A stretch of 64,000 nt of DNA from Chthoniobacteraceae bacterium (GTDB lineage Bacteria > Verrucomicrobiota > Verrucomicrobiia > Chthoniobacterales > Chthoniobacteraceae), in contig DATMFV010000135.1 in NCBI GenBank assembly GCA_035555975.1, positions 1 to 64,000 of the forward strand. The letters are read 5' to 3'. The position numbers were made by a program, and so were the translations under genes. The notes beneath the pieces were generated by a model. The model ran no database searches. It was not told the DNA's origin and saw only the letters and a list, made by a program, of their open reading frames with translations. Shown piece by piece: positions 28,046 through 38,019 of this stretch; within the stretch, counting starts at the first letter, position 1, and each line of letters opens with the position of its first letter.

Positions 28046-29813
28046 GTTCGATCAGCTCCTCGTGGGTTCCGGCTTCGGCGACGACCCCCTGGTCGAGCAC
28101 GTAGATGCGGTCGGCGTTGCGGATCGTGGAGAGCCGGTGGGCGATGATCACCGCCGTGCGGCCTTCGAGCAGGGTGTCGAACGCCTCCTGGATGAGCGCT
28201 TCGCTGGCGCTGTCGAGGGAACTGGTCGCTTCGTCGAGGATCAGCAGCACCGGGTCTTTCAGGAGCGCACGGGCGATGGCGATCCGCTGGCGCTGACCAC
28301 CGGAGAGTTTCACCCCCCGGTCGCCGACCATCGTTTCGTATCCCTCCGGGAAACGGGTGATGAACTCGTGGCAATTGGCGCGGCGGGCGGCGTTGAGCAC
28401 CTCCTCGTCGGTCGCGCCCGGCTTGCCGTAGGCGATGTTTTCGCGGATCGACCCGCCGAAGAGGAGCACCTCCTGGGGAACCAGCGCCATCCGGCTGCGC
28501 ACCTGCGAAAGGCCGAAGCTGCGGGCGTCGCATCCGTCGAGCAGCAGGCGGCCGCCCGTCGGTTCGTAAAACCGGAGGAGCAGCGCGGCGAGGGTCGATT
28601 TCCCCGCCCCGCTGGAGCCGACGATCGCAATCTTCTCCCCTGCCCGGGCCCGGATCGTCACCCCGCGCAGGACTTCCACGTCGGGGCGCGAGGGATAATG
28701 GAACGCCACCTCCTCAAACGCCATCTCGCCCGTCAAGGTGCAGCCGCCTTCGCTCGCAGGGGCGGAGCTGCCGAGCGCTTCAGGCACTTCGAGCAGCATC
28801 TCGCGCACCCGTTCGGTCGCTCCGAGGGTCCGCTGCACCTGGCTGAAGACCTCCGCGAACGACGCCACCGAGCCGCCGACAAACATGGTGTAGAAGATAA
28901 ACCGGGTCAGTTCGCCGTGGGTCAGTTCGCCGCTCTGCATCAAAACCGCCCCGTACCAGAGGACCACGATGATCGACCCGAAAATCCCCATGATCACAAA
29001 GGCGATCAATCCCGCGCGGAGCCGGGCGGCGACCAGCGCGGTGGCAAGGTAGGCGAGCAGGTTGGTGCGGTAACGCCCTTTTTCGTACTGTTCGTTGCCA
29101 AACGCCTTCACGTTGACGACCCCCTGAAGCGTCTCCTCCACCACCGTGGCGCTCAATGCCAACTGGTCCTGGTAAATGCGCGAATGCCTGCGGACATGCC
29201 GCCCGAAAAGGACCGCGATGAAGATCAGGACCGGGAAGGAGGCGATCATCACCAGCGAGAGCTTGACCGAGGTCACCGCGATGAAAATCACCCCGCCGAC
29301 GAGCATCGCCATCTGGCGGATGCACTGCGGCACGGTGCTCGAAATGGTGTCTTCAATGAGGGAAAGATCGCTCGCGAGCCGGTTGGAAAGCTCGCCGACG
29401 CGGTGCTCGCCGAAAAACTTCATCGGGAGCGAGATGAGCCGTTCGTAAAGGTCGAGCCGCAGCGCCACCACGCTCCGCTCGCCGACCTGCGCAAACCAGT
29501 ACGAGGAGAAATACATCAGCACCGCCTGGATCGCCAGCGTGCCGAGGAGGATCAGCGTCACGCTTTCCACCGTCGGCTGCCATCCGGAGGGGAGCACGTT
29601 CATCGACGGCACGGCGGCATCAAGCAGGTGGCCGACCAGCAGCGGAAACATCAGCCCGAACCCCATCGAGATCGTCGAGACCACCAGCGCCGCGAAAAAC
29701 CGGCCGCGATACGGGCGGATGTAGTCGCGCAGGACCACCACATCTTCAAACAGACGGGAAAAGAACGGTTTCTTCGATGGGGAAGCAGGTTGGTCACTCA
29801 CAGGGAAGAGCAC
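27996..29813 (-). CDS. ABC exporter with fused transmembrane and ATPase domains (MsbA-like).
   Basis: Six-TM N-terminus, then Walker A GSSGAGKST, the LSGGQRQR signature and Walker B ILDEATSSLD. Confidence 0.9.
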   Translation of the reverse strand: MLFPVSDQPASPSKKPFFSRLFEDVVVLRDYIRPYRGRFFAALVVSTISMGFGLMFPLLVGHLLDAAVPSMNVLPSGWQPTVESVTLILLGTLAIQAVLMYFSSYWFAQVGERSVVALRLDLYERLISLPMKFFGEHRVGELSNRLASDLSLIEDTISSTVPQCIRQMAMLVGGVIFIAVTSVKLSLVMIASFPVLIFIAVLFGRHVRRHSRIYQDQLALSATVVEETLQGVVNVKAFGNEQYEKGRYRTNLLAYLATALVAARLRAGLIAFVIMGIFGSIIVVLWYGAVLMQSGELTHGELTRFIFYTMFVGGSVASFAEVFSQVQRTLGATERVREMLLEVPEALGSSAPASEGGCTLTGEMAFEEVAFHYPSRPDVEVLRGVTIRARAGEKIAIVGSSGAGKSTLAALLLRFYEPTGGRLLLDGCDARSFGLSQVRSRMALVPQEVLLFGGSIRENIAYGKPGATDEEVLNAARRANCHEFITRFPEGYETMVGDRGVKLSGGQRQRIAIARALLKDPVLLILDEATSSLDSASEALIQEAFDTLLEGRTAVIIAHRLSTIRNADRIYVLDQGVVAEAGTHEELIELNGIYRRLSDLQQAEQ

Positions 29814-29986
29814 TTTTGTCGCCTCGCGGAAAATTGCAAGCTTCCAGGCGCTGCCCGGGGCATTTCCTATGCCGCTCTGCTCAGGAACCGATCGACCCGA
29901 AAAGGGAAGCTTTTTTTCCCGTTTTTTTGCCGAAAAGCTGTTACCCGTTGAGCCTCAACGGGTTCTTCAAAAAATTTGACAGAAAC

Positions 29987-30033
29987 AATGGATTGCGGTA
30001 TCCATTCTGTCCTCATACCATATGTTGTATGGT
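29987..30033. promoter_or_regulatory. Two adjacent palindromes ~200 bp upstream of nrdB, candidate NrdR-type operator boxes.
   Basis: AATGGAT-tgcggt-ATCCATT (29987-30006) and ACCATAT-gtt-gTATGGT (30017-30033). Both have a CATAT…ATG flavour that recalls the NrdR-box consensus. Confidence 0.35.
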
Positions 30034-30227
30034 GTGTTGCATGGGACCCACCGGCGGGAAAGGCTTTCCAGGCCCTCCTCCCGGTGCCCGTCTCCCCCCT
30101 GAAACGACCTGCCATTCACCTCTGCCGACCATCTCCTTTTTTCAACCACCACCCCAACGCCAACCCTTAACCTGACCACCGTTTTTTCCTTCACCGCCCA
30201 ACCACACCCTTTCACGCCACCTTCCCA

Positions 30228-31397
30228 ATGAGCAACCTTTCCACGCAACCGCCTGTTTCCACCGCCTCCGCGCCTGATCACGACCTTTTCCAGAACGAGG
30301 TCGAGCAGGGCGACCACGTCGTCTACACGATCGGCAACAAAACCTTCCGCCTCAACAAAGCGAAGGCCCGGGAGCGACTCGCAGGCAAAAAGGTGATCAA
30401 CGGCCTCCGGAGCGCCGAGTTGAACGTCCTGCCGCTCAAGTACCACGAGGCGTACCGCATCTACAAGCAGATGAAGGCGAACCACTGGGAGCCCGACGTG
30501 ATCGACATGACCAAGGATTGCACCCAGTGGAACACCGGCGCGCTCAGTCCCAAGGAGCGGTGGATCATTGAAATGGGGGTCGGCTACTTTTCGGCGGCGG
30601 AAGGGATCGTCGGCGACAGCGTCCTCCACGTCATTGAAGAAAACCTGACGGCTGCCGAACTCAAGCACGCCGCCCTGCGCCAGATCGCCGAGGAGTCGAT
30701 CCACATGGACTCGCTGCTCCATATCATCGGCAGCCTCAACATCGACCTCGACGAGGTGACCGCCAAGTTCCAGGACATTCCGAGCATTGCCAAGAAAAAC
30801 GCCTTCATCACCCGCCAGATGCCGGAGTTGAAGATGGGGATCGACCTGAGCGTAACGGAAAACAAGCGCAAGTTCGCCAAGGCGATCTTCGGGATCACGC
30901 AGGTGATGGAAGGCACCCAGTTCTACGCCCTTTTTGCGATGATCCTCTCGCTCCACCGCCAGAACAAGATGACCGGCATTGGCCAGATGTTCCAGTACAC
31001 GCTGCGCGACGAGTCAAACCATATCGCGCTCGGGCGTTACATCCTGACCCAGCTTTTCAACGAAAACCCCGATATCCGCACGCCGGAATTTGAAAACGAG
31101 CTTTTCGAGTTCATGCGCGAAGGGGTCGAACTGGAAAAGGAATTTGTGCGCGACTGCCTCCCGGAGGATGGTGTCGGCATGACCCAGCGCGATTTCCTCG
31201 ATTACGTCGACTTCAACGCCGACCGCCGCCTCACCAGCCTCGGCCTGCCGCCGCAGTCGCAGGTTCGCACCAATCCGTTCCTCTGGCTCGACGAAGTGAT
31301 CTTCCTCAAAAAGGAAAAGAACTTCTTTGAAACGCGCGTGACCGAATACCAGACCGGCGGCAGCATGAAGAACACCCGGGAAGACGACCTGATCTAA
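30228..31397 (+). CDS. nrdB: Ribonucleoside-diphosphate reductase β subunit (class I small subunit).
   Basis: Ferritin-like di-iron pattern (…IEMGVGYFSAAEGIV… EESIHMDS… RDESNHIALGRYI…); 389 aa. Confidence 0.9.
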   Translation: MSNLSTQPPVSTASAPDHDLFQNEVEQGDHVVYTIGNKTFRLNKAKARERLAGKKVINGLRSAELNVLPLKYHEAYRIYKQMKANHWEPDVIDMTKDCTQWNTGALSPKERWIIEMGVGYFSAAEGIVGDSVLHVIEENLTAAELKHAALRQIAEESIHMDSLLHIIGSLNIDLDEVTAKFQDIPSIAKKNAFITRQMPELKMGIDLSVTENKRKFAKAIFGITQVMEGTQFYALFAMILSLHRQNKMTGIGQMFQYTLRDESNHIALGRYILTQLFNENPDIRTPEFENELFEFMREGVELEKEFVRDCLPEDGVGMTQRDFLDYVDFNADRRLTSLGLPPQSQVRTNPFLWLDEVIFLKKEKNFFETRVTEYQTGGSMKNTREDDLI

Positions 31398-31466
31398 AAA
31401 ATTTTCCGGTTTCAGCGGCTTGCCTTCCCCGGTCTTTTTCTGAGAAAAAAGTTCCCGCTTTTATCG

Positions 31467-31508
31467 GCGTTCCGACACCTTCCCAGTGTCGGAACGCTTT
31501 TCCCCCCC
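31467..31508 (+). terminator. Intrinsic-terminator or attenuator-like hairpin between nrdB and nrdA.
   Basis: Perfect 12-bp inverted repeat GCGTTCCGACAC-cttccca-GTGTCGGAACGC, followed by TTTTCCCCCCC. Confidence 0.5.
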
Positions 31509-31583
31509 GGCGCGCTCGGCCCCCGGTCGTCCGCCCAACCTTCCAAACCCCTCCCAATCCTCCACCTTCCTTCTTCTCCACAC

Positions 31584-34418
31584 ATGAATACCTTTACCCT
31601 GACCCAAGCCGCTGCCGACGAAACGGCAGGTGAACTGCCGCACGTCATCCGGCGCGATTCCTCCACCTCCAAGTCCGCCAAGCCGCGCGTCGTCACCTGG
31701 CTGGGCCACAAGATCGCCAACGCCGTCCGTGCCGCAGCCCTCGCTTCGGGCGCTGAACCGTCGATCGGCGAACAGGTCCAGGCGGAGGTCGAGTTCCGCC
31801 TCAAGCGCGAACGCCCGCTCTTCATCCACATCGAACAGCTTCAGGATCTCGTCGAAGAGACGCTGATGGAGATCGGCCAGGGCAAGACCGCCCTCGCCTA
31901 CGCCAAGTACCGCGCTAAGCGGGCCGCCCTGCGCGAACTGGAGGCCGAGCAGTTCAGCGAGGAGCCCGAACAGCTCGAACTCGCCTCGCGCGAGCAACTC
32001 GCCGATATCCGCGCCCGCATCTCCTTTGCCGGGATCGGCCTCAACCTGACGCTCGATGAAAACGGCCTGATCGCCCGCCTCCTCAAGAGCATCTCAATGC
32101 ACCTCACCCCGGAGGAACAGCGCGAGACGATCATCCTCAACGCCAAGAACCTCCTTGATCTCGACGCCGACTCGCGCTTCTTCGCCGGGCGCATCCTTCT
32201 GACCTACATCTACGAGGAGACCCTTCCGTGGAAGATCGCCGACGGCATCGGCGGCCTCAAGGAAGCCCACCGCCGCGCGTTTCTCGACTACATCCCGTAC
32301 GGCATTGAGATCGGCCGCCTGAGCGACCGGCTCGCCAAGTTCAACCTGGAGGCGATGGCCGACACGCTCGACCCGTATGCCGATCTGCAGTTCGACTTCA
32401 TCGGCATCCAGAATCTTTACGACCGCTACCTCATTCACACCCGCGACCGCGCCACCGGCCGCAAGCGCCGGCTCGAAGCGCCGCAGATGTTCTGGCTTCG
32501 CGTCGCGATGGGGCTCTCGCTCAACGAAAGCGATCCCGAGGAAAAAGCGCGCGAATTTTACGCCGTCTACAAGAACCGCCGCGCCTGCTCCTCCACGCCG
32601 ACGCTCTTTAACTCCGGCACGGTCATCCCGCAGCTCTCCAGTTGCTACCTCCTCTACTGCGGCGACTCGATCGAGGAGATCACCGAAACGTGGACCCGCT
32701 TCTCGCTCCTCTCCAAGTGGGCGGGGGGCCTCGGCTGCTCCTGGACGGCGGTTCGCGGCACCGGCGCGCACATTCAGGGGACCAACGGCGAGTCGTCGGG
32801 CGTCATCCCGTTCCTGAAAGTCTCCAACGACATCGCCATCGCCGTCAACCAGGGGGGCAAGCGGCCGGGCGCGCTTTGCAGCTACCTGGAGCTTTGGCAC
32901 GCCGACATCGAAGACTTCCTCGACCTGCGCAAGGAAACCGGCGACGACCGCCGCCGCACGCACAACATGAACACCGCGCACTGGATTCCCGATCTCTTCA
33001 TGAAGCGGCTCCAGGCGATCTCCGAAGGGCGGCTGCCCAAGGATGCCCACTGGACGCTCTTCCGGACCAATGACGTCGCCGACCTGCCGGAACTCTACGG
33101 CCGCGCCTTTGAGGAGCGCTACGAACATTACGAAAAGCTGGCCGACGACGGGACCATCTGGGGGCGTCGCGTCCGCGTGCTCGCCATCTGGAAAAAGATG
33201 CTCGAAATGCTCTTTGAAACCGGCCACCCGTGGATGACCTGGAAAGACCCGGCCAACGTCCGCTCGCCGCAGGATCATGTCGGCGTCATCCACAACTCAA
33301 ACCTCTGCACGGAGATCGAGTTGAACACCAGCATGGACGAAGTCGCCGTCTGCAACCTCGCCTCCATCAACATCCCCAACCACCTGCGGGAGGATGGGAG
33401 CATCGATCACGAAAAACTCCGCGCCACCGTACGGCTGCTGATGCGGATGCTCGACAACGTGATCGACATCAACTTCTACCCCGTGGAAGCCGCCCGCAAC
33501 GCCAACATGCGCCACCGGCCGGTCGGCATGGGGGTGATGGGGTTGCAGGATGCGCTCTACGCCCGCAACACGCCGTTTGACTCGCCCGAAGCGGTTGATT
33601 TCAACGACGAAATCCTCGAAGCCATCGCCTACTACGCTTACGAGGCGAGCAGCGACCTCGCCGCCGAACGCGGCACCTACTCGACCTACCAGGGGTCGAA
33701 GTGGGATCGCGGCCTCCTCCCGCTCGACACCCTCGAACTGCTCGAACAGGAACGGGGGACGCCGATCCAGGTCAGCCGCAAGAGCCGGATGCCGTGGGAC
33801 GAACTCCGCGCGAAGATCGCCAAGCAGGGGATGCGCAATTCCAACTGCCTCGCGATCGCGCCGACCGCCACCATCTCCAACCTGATGGGCTGCACCCCGT
33901 GCATCGAGCCGGTCTACAAGCATATCCACACCAAGTCGAACCTGAGCGGCGAGTTTGTCCGCACCAACGACCACCTGGTCAAGACGCTCCACAAGCTCGG
34001 CCTCTGGGACGAAGAGATGCTCGCCGACATGAAGTATTTCGATGGTTCGATCCAGCCGATCGAACGGATTCCCGACGAGATCAAGCGCCTCTACAAGACG
34101 GCGTTCGAGATCGAACCGACGTGGATTCTGCAATGCGCCGCCGTCCGCCAGAAATGGATCGACCAGGCGCAGAGCACCAACCTCTGGATGAACGAAAACG
34201 ACGCGCGCAAGGCGAGCTTCATGTACCGCGAAGCATGGGAACGGGGCTTGAAAACCACCTATTACCTGCGCAGCCTCAACAATTCGTCGATCGACTCCAA
34301 CCACCGCGAACGCCGCTCCGCCTCGGCCAATGCGGCCCCGGTGGAGAACCAGCCGGAGCTTTCCGCCTGCTCCATCGAAGCGATGCGCAACGGGACGATC
34401 TGCGAATCGTGCCAGTGA
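31584..34418 (+). CDS. nrdA: Ribonucleoside-diphosphate reductase α subunit (class I large subunit).
   Basis: Active-site blocks (…NLCTEIEL…, …SNCLAIAPTATIS…, C-terminal CxxC); 944 aa. Confidence 0.9.
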   Translation: MNTFTLTQAAADETAGELPHVIRRDSSTSKSAKPRVVTWLGHKIANAVRAAALASGAEPSIGEQVQAEVEFRLKRERPLFIHIEQLQDLVEETLMEIGQGKTALAYAKYRAKRAALRELEAEQFSEEPEQLELASREQLADIRARISFAGIGLNLTLDENGLIARLLKSISMHLTPEEQRETIILNAKNLLDLDADSRFFAGRILLTYIYEETLPWKIADGIGGLKEAHRRAFLDYIPYGIEIGRLSDRLAKFNLEAMADTLDPYADLQFDFIGIQNLYDRYLIHTRDRATGRKRRLEAPQMFWLRVAMGLSLNESDPEEKAREFYAVYKNRRACSSTPTLFNSGTVIPQLSSCYLLYCGDSIEEITETWTRFSLLSKWAGGLGCSWTAVRGTGAHIQGTNGESSGVIPFLKVSNDIAIAVNQGGKRPGALCSYLELWHADIEDFLDLRKETGDDRRRTHNMNTAHWIPDLFMKRLQAISEGRLPKDAHWTLFRTNDVADLPELYGRAFEERYEHYEKLADDGTIWGRRVRVLAIWKKMLEMLFETGHPWMTWKDPANVRSPQDHVGVIHNSNLCTEIELNTSMDEVAVCNLASINIPNHLREDGSIDHEKLRATVRLLMRMLDNVIDINFYPVEAARNANMRHRPVGMGVMGLQDALYARNTPFDSPEAVDFNDEILEAIAYYAYEASSDLAAERGTYSTYQGSKWDRGLLPLDTLELLEQERGTPIQVSRKSRMPWDELRAKIAKQGMRNSNCLAIAPTATISNLMGCTPCIEPVYKHIHTKSNLSGEFVRTNDHLVKTLHKLGLWDEEMLADMKYFDGSIQPIERIPDEIKRLYKTAFEIEPTWILQCAAVRQKWIDQAQSTNLWMNENDARKASFMYREAWERGLKTTYYLRSLNNSSIDSNHRERRSASANAAPVENQPELSACSIEAMRNGTICESCQ

Positions 34419-34490
34419 TGATCCAAAAGCGAAACGGGCCGGCCCATCCCGGGCGCTTCCGCGCCGGAATCGATTGACCCGGGAAGCGCG

Positions 34491-35225
34491 ATGAACTTTT
34501 CGCAACCGAACCGGAGCGTTTTGTCAGGCATCGAATGTCTGCAATGGCTCGCCATGAGCCCGAACCCGGTCGGAACGCGGGAGATGGGCCGCCTGATGGG
34601 GATCGACCCAAACCGCGCCAGCCGTCTTCTCAACTCGCTGGTCCTCGCCGGGATCGCCCGGAAAACGGCGCAACGCAAGTTTACCGTCGGGAGCGGTTTT
34701 CACGTCCTCTCCGCGCAAAGCCTTCACGCTTCGGGCATCCTCCCGGTGGCCCTGCCGCCGCTGGAGGAGCTTTGCCGGCTCAAGGCGACGGTTGCCTTGG
34801 GCGTCTTGTGGAAGGACCGGGTCGCCTACCTCTTCCACCGGAGTTCGGGACGCTCTTTTCATGAGGCGATCGGCGCTCTTGCCTCGTACGCCGCGAGCGA
34901 GTCGAGCCTCGGGCTGGCCCTCCTCGCCGAAGAACCGTGGGAACGGGTGGAGCGCCTTTATGCCGGAAAGGCGATCCCCGGGTTTGAAGGCCTCGAAGCG
35001 CTCCGCACCGTGCTGGAAACCACCCGCCGTTGCGGCTTCAGCCGGACCCTCTCGCGCGGCAGCACCTTCAGTGAAGCGGTGGTCATCCGCGAAGGGGAGC
35101 AGGCGATCGCCGCCGTCGGGCTCGCCAACTCTCCGCCGGAGATAGAGGAAGCCGAACGCCTCGACCACCTGCGCCGGGCTGCCGCGACCATCGGGGCGGG
35201 TTTAAAACCGGGACGCTTCACCTGA
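34491..35225 (+). CDS. IclR-family transcriptional regulator.
   Basis: wHTH REMGRLMGIDPNRASRLLNSLVLAGIARK plus an IclR effector domain. Confidence 0.75.
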   Translation: MNFSQPNRSVLSGIECLQWLAMSPNPVGTREMGRLMGIDPNRASRLLNSLVLAGIARKTAQRKFTVGSGFHVLSAQSLHASGILPVALPPLEELCRLKATVALGVLWKDRVAYLFHRSSGRSFHEAIGALASYAASESSLGLALLAEEPWERVERLYAGKAIPGFEGLEALRTVLETTRRCGFSRTLSRGSTFSEAVVIREGEQAIAAVGLANSPPEIEEAERLDHLRRAAATIGAGLKPGRFT

Positions 35226-35228
35226 TTC

Positions 35229-35786
35229 ATGCGTTCCTTCGTTTTCGCGATTCTGGCGCTGGTTGGTACGCTCTCCGCAATGGCGGAGGAGATGCGCTTT
35301 GCGGACGCGGTTAAAGCGTCACTCGTGTTTCGTGATGACTTTGATCCCGCCCGCAGCCATTACCCGCACCTCCTCAAGGTTTTTCTTCGGCTCGACAATG
35401 GACACGACTCGGATGTGCTCTGGGTTGCCGATCCGGTCAACGGGATGGAAGCTGAACTCCTCGACGCCGCCGGTCGACCGGTTCCACACCCGCCAAGCGC
35501 CATGAGCATCCAATCCGCTCCGCGTGCTTACCTTCTCCCGTGGGGCTCGCGACTTGACTGGCTCATTTCGCATGGCGGCATCTCCATGATGGGCGACGCC
35601 ACCGACCAATATGCGCTGATCGTCGGCGCTCGGGGCTGGCTCATCCCGATCGACTCGGCGCAATCGTACACGTTGCGTGTTCGTCTGCGGGGAGTGCCGT
35701 GGCGTCGCACCGTGGAGCGCGCCGGGGCCCGTCCCAACGAGTTGCTGCTCGACCTGCCCCCTGCCCGGCTTGAAGTGGCCCAATAA
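35229..35786 (+). CDS. Secreted hypothetical protein.
   Basis: Signal peptide MRSFVFAILALVGTLSAMA; 185 aa; lies 3 bp after the IclR gene. Confidence 0.5.
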   Translation: MRSFVFAILALVGTLSAMAEEMRFADAVKASLVFRDDFDPARSHYPHLLKVFLRLDNGHDSDVLWVADPVNGMEAELLDAAGRPVPHPPSAMSIQSAPRAYLLPWGSRLDWLISHGGISMMGDATDQYALIVGARGWLIPIDSAQSYTLRVRLRGVPWRRTVERAGARPNELLLDLPPARLEVAQ

Positions 35787-35843
35787 CGCCTTCGCTGAAG
35801 CAAAACGGCGGTCCCGCCTTGTCCTTTACTAGCAGGCCCTCTA

Positions 35844-36953
35844 TTAACCCTTCGCCCGGCTTTCCGGTGACACGCAGGGTTCTTCCGCGAGCCGCATGGT
35901 TCCCGGAATGGCCACCGGCGGAAGCGACCGGGCGCTGCGGCTCACGCGCGCCTCAAAGCAATCGACCAGCGCCCTGGCTTCCTCCCTTCGGCAGACTTCA
36001 TACCGATGCACCGGCAGGCTGAAGTGAAGGGGGACATCGGCGGTGGTTTTACACACGATTTCCATCTCCCGGGGGATGTCGAGGTGTGACTGGCGCAGAG
36101 CCCTTGCCGCGCCTAGCATCAGGATGTCATCGAGCACCAGCACGCAATCCGGCACGTAATTCTTGCGTTGCCCTTTCCACTCCCCGGCGAGGTGTGTGGC
36201 GAGTTCGAACCCGCGATGCTCCAGGTCCGCGCCGAGCGACTCAACTTCGCGAATCTGGCAGCGCAGGAAGCCGTATCTGCGGACGCAGCGCCAGAGTTCG
36301 TCATCCTCCAGGAAGGATGGAAAATGCCTGCTGCCCTGCCGAAGGACGGCTATTTTCCGGCGGCCCCGTTCCGCGAGGAATTTCAGAGTCGTACGAATCA
36401 GGTGATTGGAGTCGCGATAGACATCTCCGCCCAGAAGCAGGGGGGCGTAGCGGACGGAGGGGCGACGGAAGGCGGTGTAAAGCTCCGAGAAACGGTTGAG
36501 ATGGCACCCGATTTCCAGATAGCCGACCGGATCCGCCATCGCGAACTGCCGGTGGAACGGCTCGATGAGCTTTTCGTAATCCACCTCTCCGCACTGGAAG
36601 AGGGAGCAGAGATTGTCCGCCACCGTGAGTCCGTAGCCGCGCCGGTGCAGTTCCTCCCGGGTCCGCTCCACCAGCATCCGGTTGGAATGGGCGATCTCCA
36701 GGTGGATGTTGTTCCAGAAAAGCATCATCGCATTGGGCGTGCGCCGTTTTTTGAGGAGAATTGTCCCCTGCTTCGGCTTGCGGCTCAGGTAGCCCCGCGC
36801 GGCGAGCGATGAGAGGGCGTGGTGTACCTCCTGGCTTTTCAGGCCGAGCTGCGCGGCCAGTTCCGCCGTGTTCGGCAGTTTGCTTCCCGGTTTCCAGCCG
36901 TGATCGGCGATGGCCCGGAGAAGCGCTTCTTCCGGAGTTTCTTTGGTTTTCAA
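35844..36953 (-). CDS. GntR-family HTH regulator fused to a LacI-type sugar-binding domain.
   Basis: C-terminal (as written N-terminal) wHTH LPNTAELAAQLGLKSQEVHHALSSLAARGYL; 369 aa. Confidence 0.7.
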   Translation of the reverse strand: MKTKETPEEALLRAIADHGWKPGSKLPNTAELAAQLGLKSQEVHHALSSLAARGYLSRKPKQGTILLKKRRTPNAMMLFWNNIHLEIAHSNRMLVERTREELHRRGYGLTVADNLCSLFQCGEVDYEKLIEPFHRQFAMADPVGYLEIGCHLNRFSELYTAFRRPSVRYAPLLLGGDVYRDSNHLIRTTLKFLAERGRRKIAVLRQGSRHFPSFLEDDELWRCVRRYGFLRCQIREVESLGADLEHRGFELATHLAGEWKGQRKNYVPDCVLVLDDILMLGAARALRQSHLDIPREMEIVCKTTADVPLHFSLPVHRYEVCRREEARALVDCFEARVSRSARSLPPVAIPGTMRLAEEPCVSPESRAKG

Positions 36954-37134
36954 GGGAGAGATATTAAAGATTTATTTGGTTTAAAATCTATAAAAAATAG
37001 AAATTTGTAAAGAAAATCAAAGTTTATTCTATTTTTTGGAAAAATACGGCTCTACGATTCCTTTCATTGCCGGTTTTGCCTCTCTTTGCCGGGGCAAGGG
37101 CCGGATCACCGAAACCCCGGACAGGCATCTTTTT

Positions 37135-38010
37135 ATGAACCGAACCCTCTTCCTCTCCGCGTATTTGCAAAACCCGTCCCCATTTTGCCGCCGAAAATTC
37201 CGCCGGTTCTGCGTCGGGGCGCTGTTTCTCCTTTCCAGCCTCCAGGCCGGTTTCAGCCAGCCGTTGATCGGGTACTCCCGGGAGTTCGACGGCGCGGAGG
37301 GAACGCTCCCAACCGGCTGGGTGGCTCAGGCGAGCACCAATGGGTACGCAGCCCAGAGCGGCGCAGGCACGCTCAATGTCGGCACGAACGCGGGAGGTTC
37401 GGGGATAGCATTGGCCGCTTTCAAGGGGGATTTCGGCCCGATTGAAAACGGCGTCGTGACCGATGCCACGCTCGAAACGGTATTGATCACCAGTTCCGGC
37501 GCGAACTGGGTCGGGCTGGCGGGGCGGGCGCAGGATGGGGATTCGGCGTCTCCCGGAGGCTATTATGCGCTGATCAACAGGAAGCAATCTTCGCTTGCCA
37601 TCTGGGATGCCGCGCCTTCCAGCAGCGGCACTTCCGCTGACGAGGCCCTGGCGCATGTCGCCATCGCTCCCGCGCTGACCAACAATACCCAATACCGGCT
37701 GATCCTCGACCTGCAGGGAAGCACGATCACGGCCTCTCTTTATTCTCTCGATGCGGAAGTCGGCGTGGACGATCCGCTTGCGACGGTCAGCGCCAACAGT
37801 ACGCTGTACGGCTCGGGCCTGACCGGTTTCTGGGGCTTTTACGGTGGCGCGAGCCGTTCCACCCGTTACGAGAGCTTTACCATCACCACCATTCCGGAAC
37901 CATCCGCCGCCGCGCTCGGGAGCCTGATCTTTACCGCCGGAGCGGTGGTGCTGGGCCTCCGGGGAAAAAAGCTGCGGCCCGCCGGGCGATTCCTCCCCTC
38001 CCGGGATTGA
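37135..38010 (+). CDS. PEP-CTERM domain protein.
   Basis: Signal peptide, then the C-terminus TTIPEPSAAALGSLIFTAGAVVLGLRGKKLR. The track's TTG start at 37036 is possible but the ATG at 37135 is preferred. Confidence 0.75.
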   Translation: MNRTLFLSAYLQNPSPFCRRKFRRFCVGALFLLSSLQAGFSQPLIGYSREFDGAEGTLPTGWVAQASTNGYAAQSGAGTLNVGTNAGGSGIALAAFKGDFGPIENGVVTDATLETVLITSSGANWVGLAGRAQDGDSASPGGYYALINRKQSSLAIWDAAPSSSGTSADEALAHVAIAPALTNNTQYRLILDLQGSTITASLYSLDAEVGVDDPLATVSANSTLYGSGLTGFWGFYGGASRSTRYESFTITTIPEPSAAALGSLIFTAGAVVLGLRGKKLRPAGRFLPSRD

Positions 38011-38019
38011 AAGGCCGCC

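Noticed and set aside
32094-34505. Two ~400-aa minus ORFs.
   Set aside because: Antisense of nrdA, whose identity is unambiguous.
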